DNA of 50,935 nucleotides from positions 1-50,935 of the forward strand of contig JAYQLI010000010.1 in NCBI GenBank assembly GCA_038143065.1, read 5' to 3'. A program made the position numbers and the translations under genes. Of this stretch, positions 42,185 to 50,935 are shown in pieces. The stretch is from Rhodospirillales bacterium (GTDB taxonomy: Bacteria; Pseudomonadota; Alphaproteobacteria; Bin95). Position 1 is the stretch's first letter. Each line of letters opens with the position of its first letter. The notes beneath the pieces were generated by a model. The model saw only the letters and a program-made list of their open reading frames with translations. It was not told where the DNA came from and did not search any database.

Positions 42185-43795
42185 TGCAGAACCTCTCCAT
42201 AGTTGCCTGCAATGAATTTATCACGAATGGCAAATTTCTGTACTTTACCGGAGCCTGTCAGAGGAAAGTCCGGCACATGCACCCAGACAGATGGCGTTTT
42301 TTGTGCGGACAGAAGCGCCCTGCAGTGGGTACGCAAATCGGCTACGTCAAGCGGTTGGTCGGACAGGATGAATGCCGCGATCACCTCTCCCCATTTCTCG
42401 TCCGGTAAGCCGACTACGGCGACTTGTGCCACATGCCTGTGGGTCACCAAAGCCGCTTCGATTTCAGCTGGAAAATGGTTTTCGCCGCCGCGAATGATCA
42501 TGTCCTTAACACGACCCGTCACTCGCACGAACCCTTGGGCGTCCATTGTGCCCAAGTCTCCGGTATGGAGCCATCCGTCGCTATCAATGGCCGCGGCGGT
42601 TGCTTCTGGATTTTCGTTATAGCCGATCATCACTGCATAGGATCGCGCGCAAATCTCGCCCACGTCCCCTATTGGAAGAACCTGATTATCTTCAGGTGAA
42701 CGGATTGAAACCTCTGTCCACGGCAGCGGCTGGCCGGCTGTCTCCACGATCTGCTCAAGTGTCGCTTCAATGGGGTTTAGACAGATCATTGGGCTGTGTT
42801 CAGTTTGTCCAAATGCGCTAAGAAGATGACATCCCAAACGGTCCCGAACCCGGCGGACGAGATCGGGTGGCACCGGAGCGCCGCCGGTTGTTATGACCTT
42901 AAGCGAGGACATATCGCGCGGTATTTTTTCTAGAGAGTCTAGAAGATTAAACAGCATGGTGGGCACTGCAAAACAGGTTGTAACGCCCTGTTCCTCAATT
43001 AAGCGTGCAAAGACATCTGCATCGAACCTCTTTATTAGTAGCATTTTACATGCAGCTTGGAAGGCACCCTAAGGCCCCGGTCGCACAGCCTGCAGTATGA
43101 AATAGAGGCATGAAGTTAGCCCAGACCGAATGCGGACCAACTTGCTTACGTGTGCAGAACAGGCGTGCGTTGTTTACTAAATTCTTATGGCTGAGTACCG
43201 CGCCCTTTGGAAATCCCGTTGTTCCCGATGTGTATTGGATCTGCGCGGCATCATCTGGCTGAACATCTGGCAGCACTTTTGGCCGTTCCCCAGTGGCGTA
43301 GAGCGCATCCTCGTTTTCCAAGTTGATGATCTCGCGCAACGCTGTGTTGCCGCTTATCGCCTGGTGTGCAATTTCAGCCATAGGGTTACCCCTAAACTCA
43401 TCAACCATAAATAGGGCGACTGCTCCAGACTGTTCCAGAACATATTTGAGTTCAGAGACCTGAAAGGATGGATTGGCTGTCACGAGAACTAAACCCGCTA
43501 GACCACAGGCATATTCTATGAAAATCCACTGCGGGATATTGGGCGCCCAGACGACGACCTTCTCGCCTGCCTCAAAACGCGAAGAAAGCGCTTCAGCTAG
43601 GTGCTCGGCTTGTTCTAGCAGCTCTCCGTAGGTCCACGATTGGCCACAATCACCGTTGTCTGCGATATCCACCATCGCAACAGCGTCAGGGTAGCTGGCC
43701 GCAGTCTTACGCAGCAAGTCTCCAACCGTAATGTTTAGGACTTCAGCATCGCTCTGCGCGGGGAAGTGCGAAAGGTTGAGCTTCACATGGTACAT
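42181..43795 (-). CDS. AMP-forming acyl-CoA synthetase, paralog of 39797-41401 (frameshift near 43055)
   Basis: YTSGTTGFPKG, FGQTE, WLHTGDLG, IIRGGENHFPAEIE, TGSGKVQK. Confidence 0.9.
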
Positions 43796-43797
43796 GT

Positions 43798-45017
43798 CTA
43801 TTCGGCCGCGATCGGGTTGGTTGGGATATCCACCAGTTTGCCCCTAGGGATCAAGCGGTCAGCGTCATACATTGGCAGAGTACAGAGCTCGCCTTCTTGA
43901 ATAGAACCGTCTGCACAGAGCACATTTACCTTGGTGCCGGGTCCTATGGCGGGGTCGTCCATACGAACAATGCAAACACCGCAATTTTGGTATGGTGAAT
44001 ATCCTGACGAGCAAACGCGTCCAACAACAGTTTCGCCCACCCACATTACGCGACCCAATTGAGAAACACCCCCCATTACACGCATACCCCAGGTTTTTGA
44101 TGATTTATCTGCAACCTCTAATGCTTTGCGTCCGATGAAATCACGATTGTCGAAGTCGACAAAATTCCCAAGTCCAGCTTCGAAAGGAGTGGTTTCCGCC
44201 CCAAAGTCCGATCCTGCATTTAATAAGCCAGCCTCAATCCGACGTGCGCGGAATACCGGTGTCCCGGTGAGTAAGATATGGAACGCCGAACCGACCTCCA
44301 TGATCCTGTCGCCAATGGCCGCAATATCTGTGTCTGGAAGTAAGTATACTTCCCAGCCAAGTTCGTTAGTAAAGCCTGAACGGCTGATCCAACAAGTCTG
44401 ACCAGCAATAGAAACCTCGGCGCAGTCGAAATAGCGGAATGGATCTGGCATTGGTCTGTCGAGAACAGCGGCAAGTAGCTCCAGTGAACGTGGGCCCTGT
44501 ATCTGACTTACCCAGACATTCGGATCATGGATTTTTACATCCAACCCTTCGGCATGTGCTTTGTACCAGCTGAAAAGATCGCCGTCTGCCTGTGCCATCC
44601 AAAAACGATCTTCAGATAATCGCAGCAATACCCCGTCTGTGATCATCCCCCATCATGATAGCATGCGAATTGATATGAGCACCGTCCTGGTTTGACCTTT
44701 GATACATTACGAGTGAACACTTTGTTCAAAAGTGTTTCAGCATCTGGTCCGCTTATCTCAATTGGTAACTCACCTGTGTGACGAAAAATAACATTCGTAC
44801 GTACCGCCCAATACATTTCATCGTCTGACGCAGTGCTTAGTGCTTCGGGTGTTAGTCGAGAGTTGTAAAGCGTATATTCTGGATCATGTGGCAGCTCCAT
44901 GTAACTCAGTGGGTGTGCTGGCATTGTACGCGCAAGTTCGCGCGGGCGCGCGCCCTTGTTCAGCAAAGCCTTGGCAACGAAACGATAGTGGGAGAGGTCG
45001 GTTGTCATGTTATTCAC
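43798..45017 (-). CDS. GcvT/DmdA-superfamily aminomethyltransferase (frameshift in C-run near 44648)
   Basis: EISGPDA, DGVLLRL, QIQGPRS, ISRSGFTNELGWEVY, RRIEAGLLNAG.D, LPMYDADRLIPRG. Confidence 0.85.
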
Positions 45018-45160
45018 CGTTCAGAGTTGTTAGACGCCTACGGGTAATCTTCGAAAAAGATAGATGATTACCACGCATAAAAAAATACATATTTGGTTTT
45101 GTGGCCTTGGCGCAAATCTAATGATTTGCACAAATCGTTCGAAAAAATTAGACAGTATTA

Positions 45161-46045
45161 ATGCGCTTTCGTTCTTATGATTCTCTCAAGATTTTCGATA
45201 CCGTTGCCCGCAGTCTGTCGATGACCAAGGCAGCGGACGAAGTGCATCAATCGAAAGGGTCGATCAGTTACCAGGTGGGCAAGCTTGAAGCCGACCTCGG
45301 ATTTCGCCTGTTTGAGCGTGCGCACGCTACACTGGAACTCACAGAGGAAGGGCGCAGGTTGTGGCATGTGTCCCAAACGGCCCTGAGTCAGATCGATCGT
45401 GAAATCGAAGACTTGCGTGGCACTACCTCCGGTGCCGTGACTATTGGTGCATTGACCTACTTCTCGTCACGCTGGCTGTCGCCAAGGCTCACCCGCTTCT
45501 TCGAGGCCAATCCCGGTATCAGCCTACGGATCGAACCGCTCAACTCCGTTGACATGATGAGATCCTTGAAAATCGACATGGCTGTACTTTGGGGAATTGG
45601 CGGCTGGGAGGGTCATAAAAGCGAACTTCTTCTTTCCCTGCCTGCCGTTCCAACCGCAAACCGCGTACTTGCAGAGCAGGTAAAGCAGCTTGGGTTGGCT
45701 GAGGCGGTCAGACAGCTTCCGCTCTTGGGAGACAGCTCCGGCGATGCGGGTTGGCGCGCCTGGCACAAAGCCGCGGGGTTACCTTACGCGCCCAGCCGGG
45801 CCAGCTTAACGATCCCGGACTCGAACAGCCGCGTTCAGGCGGTGGTGGATGGCCAGGGGATCGCCCTGTGGGATGATTTGGTTGCGTCTGAATTTGGGAA
45901 TGGAACGCTTGTTAGATTATCTGATGTCAGAGTTGAAAACGCGGGTTACTTTCTCGTTTTTACGGATCAGCCGATGTCTCAAAGCGCAGAGGCATTCCTG
46001 GACTGGTTGGTGGTTGAAAACGATCGCAGCGAGATGCCGGCCTAA
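45161..46045 (+). CDS. LysR-family regulator (GcvA-like), intact
   Basis: SMTKAADEVHQSKGSISYQVGKLEADLGFRLFER, WLSPRLTRF..ANPGI; divergent from the catabolic operon. Confidence 0.92.
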   Translation: MRFRSYDSLKIFDTVARSLSMTKAADEVHQSKGSISYQVGKLEADLGFRLFERAHATLELTEEGRRLWHVSQTALSQIDREIEDLRGTTSGAVTIGALTYFSSRWLSPRLTRFFEANPGISLRIEPLNSVDMMRSLKIDMAVLWGIGGWEGHKSELLLSLPAVPTANRVLAEQVKQLGLAEAVRQLPLLGDSSGDAGWRAWHKAAGLPYAPSRASLTIPDSNSRVQAVVDGQGIALWDDLVASEFGNGTLVRLSDVRVENAGYFLVFTDQPMSQSAEAFLDWLVVENDRSEMPA

Positions 46046-46252
46046 AATCCTGCGGGTGTGCGGCGCTTGAACGGCTGGTTTGGAGAAATCTGGCCCGTTG
46101 CGAGTCCCGTGCCGTATCTGCGAAGGATTTCTGCGTCCGCAATAGCTGCAACTGCAGTCAAACAGCAGCGCGTTGGCTCATTGTCCAAGCAGAGCTACAA
46201 CACACATCTAAGATTATGACTTTCGGCAGAGCTCTGCTGTTGAAACTTTTCC

Positions 46253-46479
46253 ACTGGACTTCTTGTTCTCCAAGCCTGTGTGTAGCTGTGTGCCGAATAG
46301 TTTCGAGCTCTGCTCAGTACAAGATGATTGTACGGAGTGGATTAGATGATGAGACTTGATCTGGATGGTTTAGAGGCTGCCTCGCGTGAAGCCACTAATT
46401 TGGCGAGAGGTAGTCACCTCCCCCAAAGCACCAGCAAACCCTGGTGGTGCAGATCCTCAGCCATACCTATCAGCTGGAC
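46253..46479 (+). repeat. Repeat unit copy 3: leader plus degenerate DUF2924-type fragment, cut by IS6
   Basis: Similarity to copies 1 and 2 begins at actggactt and includes atgagacttgatctggatggtttagaggctgcctcgcgtgaagc. Confidence 0.8.
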
Positions 46480-47280
46480 GGTGCTGTCAGACTAAGTAGC
46501 CCAAACATCAGTAATCTATTGAGGGTAAGTCCACAAAAGAACGCCACTCGCTGAGAGCGGCGTCGCATTTTTGAAAGTGCTACGTTTTGAAAGTGACCTC
46601 TGTGAGTTGAAAAAGATTGTGAAACGAGGCGTGGATTGCAGCGAACTTTTGTAGACTGTGCATTCGTCTAAACCGAAGCATGGCCCTTTCTCGTCGTCGA
46701 AACGGTAAGTGTGAATTCTCAACTCTGTTATTTGCCCATCGTTTGGTAACTTGCTTTTCTGAACAGCCTAGCTCTTTTACTGCTGCACCGTAGGAGAGAA
46801 GCTTATCTGTGACGATCTCATTTGGTGATCCATAGCGCCATCGCTTTTTTCATGAACTTTAAAGCAGCTTTTTTGTCTCTTTTTTTTGGTAACGTAGCTT
46901 TCTAGCACCTCGCCCTCATGATCGACTGCACGCCAGAGGTAATGTCTTTCCCCATTTATTTTCACAAAGACTTCATCCAGGTGCCATTTCCAATTACTGG
47001 AGTGAATACCCCTGCCCTGCGCTTTTTGATCTGGTTTGCAAACTGAGAACCAAATCTATGCCACCAGTACCGAACGATTCATAGCTCACATCCACGCCTC
47101 GTTCATGCAGGAGGTCTTCAACATTCCTCAGTGAGAGCGGAAACCTAACATACAGCATAACTGCAAGTTGGATGATCTCAGGGCTGGTTTGAAATAGCGA
47201 AAGCATACTGGATTGGGCATGGCTAAATGGCTATTTCGCCGTTATCAATGTCAGGCAAGGCGGTTTATTCTGACAGAACC
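46480..47280 (-). mobile_element. IS6-family element copy 3 with fragmented transposase
   Basis: Inverted repeats ggtgctgtcagactaa (46480-46495) and ttattctgacagaacc (47265-47280); same transposase motifs as copy 1. Confidence 0.88.
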
Positions 47281-47399
47281 ATAAAAACTGTATGAGCGGG
47301 CTGAGCAATCAGCCCTCAACCTTCTCTTCGTGAGCAGCGCCCCCGCCTGCGTCGCGAGCGTCATCAGTAATGCTATCAGGAATGTGCGCATGGTTTAAA

Positions 47400-47840
47400 T
47401 TAGCGATCTTCAAGGCTCGTCAATAGTGTCATTAGCCGTTCTTCTACAGCCTCTTCAAACGTTCTCTAATACAGCCATCATCTTTAACCCAATCTAATTT
47501 ATAATTTGTGTAAATCTCTCCTTTGGGCTTCAATCACCAGATCATCAAAAGTACTAAAGTCATAGTAACCATTCCCGGAAAGACTCGGCCTTGCTAAAAA
47601 ACACGGCATCCGCAGTTACCACAAAAGTGCGACGTAACGGGCATCCTGCCTGCCGGTAAATTCATAGGTAGAAGTATCGCCTTCTATGATAATTTCATCT
47701 TCGGAGTAAAATGCTGCAACGGCGAAGGTGCCAGTCAATCTTCTACACCTTTCACAATTACATTTTCCTACCATCATAGGGTCTAAGTCACTTTTGAATT
47801 TTATGGCACCACAATAGCGGCCACCCGTTTGTTTACTCAT
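47400..47840 (-). CDS. GFA/CENP-V-family zinc-binding protein (frameshifted)
   Basis: TGG.YCGAIKF, KCNCERCRRLTG and a later CG; C-terminal EIYTNYKLDWV. Confidence 0.7.
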
Positions 47841-47875
47841 TTCAAACACTCCGCTGATTTGCCCCAGCTAGCCCC

Positions 47876-48725
47876 CTATATTCGTCCATTGATTTTTGGT
47901 TTCTCTAATAGGGTTTCTGGGGCGGGTGGGCGCATGTTTAATGCGTGATGAGGTCTGATCTGGTTGTATTGCCTAAGCCAAACATTGATAGCGACCTGGG
48001 CTTGTCGTGTGGTGTGGAACCATTCTGCGTTGAGGACTTCTTTTCGCAAGGTGCCGTTAAAGCGTTCGTTGTATCCATTTTCCCAAGGCGAGCCCGGATA
48101 GATTTGCATTGGTTTGATACCGATCCTCTTCAGCCATTCCTGTAGATGCGTGGCAATGAACTCGGGTCCGTTGTCAGAGCGAATGAACTCTGGCTTACCA
48201 TGTTTAATCAGCAGTGGGTGCAATGTCGTCCAAAACGTCGTTCGCATTCATTTTGGGTCGCACTGCCACGCAGAGCGCTTCACGGGTATATTCATCTAGA
48301 ACCGTGAGCATTTTATAGCTGCGCCCATTGCTAAGCTTATCGTGCACAAAGTCGATCGCCCAAATATGGTTGGGGTGTGTGGGCCGCAACCTGATGATGG
48401 AGCTGTCTTTATGATAAAGCCGTTTGCGCTTCTTGTGCCGGCGCGGCAGCTGTAAACCTTCTTCGTTCCATAAGCGCTCGATCCTCTTGTGGTTAACACG
48501 CCAGCCTTCCATGCGCAGCAGGGCTGTGACTTTCCTATAACCATACCACCCATATTGCTTGGCCAGCCGGATCATCGCCAAGCGTAGTGCGCTGTCATCT
48601 ACTGGTTTGGCTTGATAGCGCAGAGTTGAGCGGGCTACATCCAGAACAGCGCAAGCACGCCGCTCAGAAATATCCAGCTTTTGACGCGTATGAATAACAG
48701 CCTGACGAAGCTGAGCCCGCGTCAG
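47876..48725 (-). CDS. IS3-family transposase OrfB (extra frameshift near 48235)
   Basis: SERRAC, YGYRKV, WAIDF, SDNGPEF, PWENGYNERFNGTLRKE. Confidence 0.88.
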
Positions 48726-49009
48726 GCCCGCGGCTTTAGATGATCAAGGCTCTCCTTCAGGATCAATTTGTCTAACTGCAAGTCAGCGACGATCTTCTTC
48801 AAGCGCTCGTTTTCTTTCTTGAGCGATTTCATCTCAGAAACCTGCGAACGAGAAAGGCCTCCAAATTTCTTACGCCAGTAATAATAACTCTTATCTGAAA
48901 TTCCAGCTTTGCGACACGCATTCACAACGTCCAAACCATCGTGCAAATGAACATCAATCTCGCGTAATAACTTCAACACATCTTCATCAGAATATCGCTT
49001 TCGAGCCAT
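48722..49009 (-). CDS. IS3-family transposase OrfA
   Basis: RKRYSDE, CRKAGIS..SYYYWRKKFGG, LKKENERLKKIVADLQLD. Confidence 0.9.
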   Translation of the reverse strand: MARKRYSDEDVLKLLREIDVHLHDGLDVVNACRKAGISDKSYYYWRKKFGGLSRSQVSEMKSLKKENERLKKIVADLQLDKLILKESLDHLKPRA

Positions 49010-49476
49010 GTTTCCTTACTCCCTTTAACAAAATATGCTGGCACAGTTCTAGGGGGCTAAGACACAACCGCATAGCCAGATCGGCATGCTAATCCTCTAG
49101 CGATAGATCAGCGGTGCCAAACGGGATCAGCTCATAGCCACCTTGCGCGCACCCTATAACGCTCAGAGGGACGCGACAGCGCGGCGCTGTGCGGCCATTC
49201 TGCCAGATGACGCTGGCCACCTATCCAGATTTGAATGCCGTTCTGCAGGCTTGCTCCACGCCCCTGCCGGGATGCTGTTACCTTGGGAGCGATATTTGTT
49301 TTCAATCTACAAAGGGCCACCGTGCATCGCTGCACAATAGATCGCCCAAATGATCAGCCTCGCGCCGTTGCTCTGGTTACGCTCGAACGTAAAGCCTGTC
49401 GCTCGCCAAGCCGCTTTACCTTGCGCGCTCATGATAACCGCCTTTGCGCTGATTGCTGCGCCCTCGCTCCGATGCA

Positions 49477-49668
49477 CTACCCACGGGCTGACCTAGCCTC
49501 TTGCTCGAACGCTTCGATCTCCTGCAAGCACCAACGCGACCAGCGCGGCGTGATCTTAACGGGACGCGGGAATTGGGGATTGTTGCGCGCTTGGGTCCAG
49601 ACCCATTGGCGGGTGCTGCCAAATCGTGTGCCAACTTCTCTGTCGGTAAGCCAAATTTTATCTGTCAT
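49477..49668 (-). CDS. AlpA-family regulator/excisionase
   Basis: 63 aa; LTDREV...STRQWVW...FPRPVKITPRWSRWCLQEIEAF. Confidence 0.85.
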   Translation of the reverse strand: MTDKIWLTDREVGTRFGSTRQWVWTQARNNPQFPRPVKITPRWSRWCLQEIEAFEQEARSARG

Positions 49669-49719
49669 CTTATTCCTCAGATTTACTTAAGATGACGGTA
49701 AATCTTCGGATCGTCTCAC

Positions 49720-50132
49720 AGCCCCGCAAGCCCCTAGTTGCGAAAGAAGAGTAAAGAATTAAATTTTTTGTTGTTCCCAAGGGTATGTAACCCTTACCTT
49801 TGTTCAAGTAAGCGGTGAGTAGAATGTGAGCGATCAAATGAATTATGCAAGAGGACATAAGCCTTAATTTTAGATCGGCAGACGATTTGGAAATTTTTCA
49901 TCACAAATGGGATAATTGGCCTGAAAATATGCCAATTGCCATAAGCAGAAATTTGTAAAAACAGCAGAAAATTCGACTTTAATGGTAGCGGTGTATGAAA
50001 CTGAGGAAATTGCCGAAAGAGCGCGCAAAATTGTTGAAAATTTTTTCCAAATGGAAACGCAACGCATCCATGACATAATTGAATTTCATGGTGAAGTAAT
50101 GAAATAAAAGCCCCGCAAACCCCTAGGTGCGA
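49720..50132 (+). repeat. 24-bp imperfect direct repeats (49720-49743 and 50109-50132)
   Basis: agccccgcaagcccctagttgcga versus agccccgcaaacccctaggtgcga, 2 mismatches. Confidence 0.75.
49838..50107 (+). CDS. Small hypothetical protein of about 90 aa (needs two frameshifts; absent from the ORF track)
   Basis: Reconstructed MNYAR..ISLNFRSADDLEIF...FVKTAENSTLMVAVYETEEIAERARKIVENFF...IHDIIEFHGEVMK; ends just before the second direct repeat. Confidence 0.4.
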
Positions 50133-50557
50133 TGCGGGTAGCTAAGAGTTCACCGCAGCTTGAAAAATAAATTACTGATCACTATCCTATAACCAAGCCC
50201 CAGTTCGGCATCAGTTGCAGCCTTAAACGGATGTGCGGAATTGGGCAGGGCATTATGCTCCTTGGACACAAGGCCGGTTTGGTTTCTTTTGGCGGTCACG
50301 GATAATCTGTGATTTTAACTAAAAGGAGAACCATGGGCTTTACTTATGGAGCAGCGTGATGAAATTAAATTTACTGCTGAAACTGGGCTGGGCAATCCAA
50401 GCTTTGAAGTTTGGTTTAGAAAATGGCTACTTAGTTCAGCAATAAAAAAGCCCCGCAGAGCATATCTGTGGGGGCTGTAAGAACAGTATCTGAAGGCAGG
50501 TAGCAACCGAGATACTTTCGTCTTGCAAAGTTTAGGCGTTGAGAACAAAAGTAGAAC

Positions 50558-50811
50558 ATGACGCTGCTTTGGTCAATACGAAATAATCACATCGTTCTGA
50601 ATTGTAGGTGCGGACACGTCGGAATTATCGCCGTGCAGGAGCTTATTGATGTGCTGGGGAAGATGTTGAGCTGGACGTGGTTGAGCGTTCTGCGCGGTGC
50701 AGCAACTGCGGGTTCAAGCGAATATCAAGCGTGCAAATTATTTACGTTGGCGCGAGCGAATATGCGCTGCTGGGTGCAGATACCAAGCCAGAGGATGATG
50801 GGGCTGAATAA
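50558..50811 (+). CDS. Small Cys-rich (zinc-ribbon-like) hypothetical protein (frameshift near 50658)
   Basis: LNCRCGH, then in the shifted frame ARCSNCGFK...IIYVG, ending at TAA 50809-50811. Confidence 0.5.
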
Positions 50812-50861
50812 ATCCTGCAAACAAAACATTTTGATTATGTCTTTTGTGCAACAAAATAAAA

Positions 50862-50884
50862 GAGTACCTGAAGGAGTACCTGAA
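50862..50884. repeat. Tandem 11-bp direct repeat, candidate integrase arm-type binding sites
   Basis: gagtacctgaa at 50862-50872 and 50874-50884, followed by an AT-rich stretch to the window end. Confidence 0.5.
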
Positions 50885-50935
50885 ACAGATTTTATAGAGT
50901 TTTTTGTAATAAAATCAGTATTTTAAGGGGGTAAA

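Larger units (their letters stand above)
47855..49064 (-). mobile_element. IS3-family insertion sequence (IS407-like group)
   Basis: Ends tgatttgcccc...gccccctatattcgtcca and tggcacagttctagggggctaagaca; contains orfA and orfB. Confidence 0.85.

Noticed and set aside
32402-45017. Calling the GcvT-like genes dmdA or gcvT
   Set aside because: Only superfamily motifs are visible, there are no gcvH/gcvP neighbours, and orthology needs a phylogeny.
4257-46151. Numerous antisense or alternate-frame ORFs in the track (e.g. 7872-8255, 8567-9031, 16932-17357, 34762-35373, 39095-39796, 41788-42408)
   Set aside because: They overlap well-supported genes and have no recognisable motifs; treated as shadow ORFs.
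49065-49476. Possible replication or primase remnant downstream of alpA
   Set aside because: Only short ORFs without recognisable motifs are present, so the call cannot be supported.
1-50935. CRISPR array, rRNA or tRNA genes
   Set aside because: I found no regularly spaced repeat-spacer series, cas genes or recognisable structural RNA genes by eye.

Overview
The window is a mosaic, genomic-island-like region, probably from a marine alphaproteobacterium (Rhodobacteraceae-like gene content; inferred). Three diverged, directly repeated units divide it. Each unit is a conserved leader, a 5' fragment of a DUF2924-type gene and an IS6-family element (1-1091, 12943-14096, 46253-47280). The cargo between them is: (1) an AT-rich chemosensory cluster (ParA-like ATPase, double CheW, hybrid CheA, multi-receiver class III adenylate cyclase, CheR, CheB, one MCP, no CheY); (2) a catabolic cluster with a sugar-type ABC transporter, a wHTH/solute-binding fusion regulator, an M24 hydrolase, TPP-dependent E1 alpha/beta, a split E2, an SSADH-type dehydrogenase, an SDR, a beta-hydroxyacid dehydrogenase and ThuA; (3) a candidate two-hairpin anti-Shine-Dalgarno sRNA; (4) two GC-richer parallel LysR/GcvT-family/acyl-CoA modules, bounded by a short repeat and separated by a tyrosine recombinase remnant; (5) a right end with a GFA-family gene, an IS3-family element, alpA, small ORFs and probable integrase arm-type repeats. 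Many genes are split by single-base frameshifts, often in homopolymers, most likely from long-read sequencing errors, so split ORFs are merged in the calls below. All calls come from motif recognition by eye; no searches were run.
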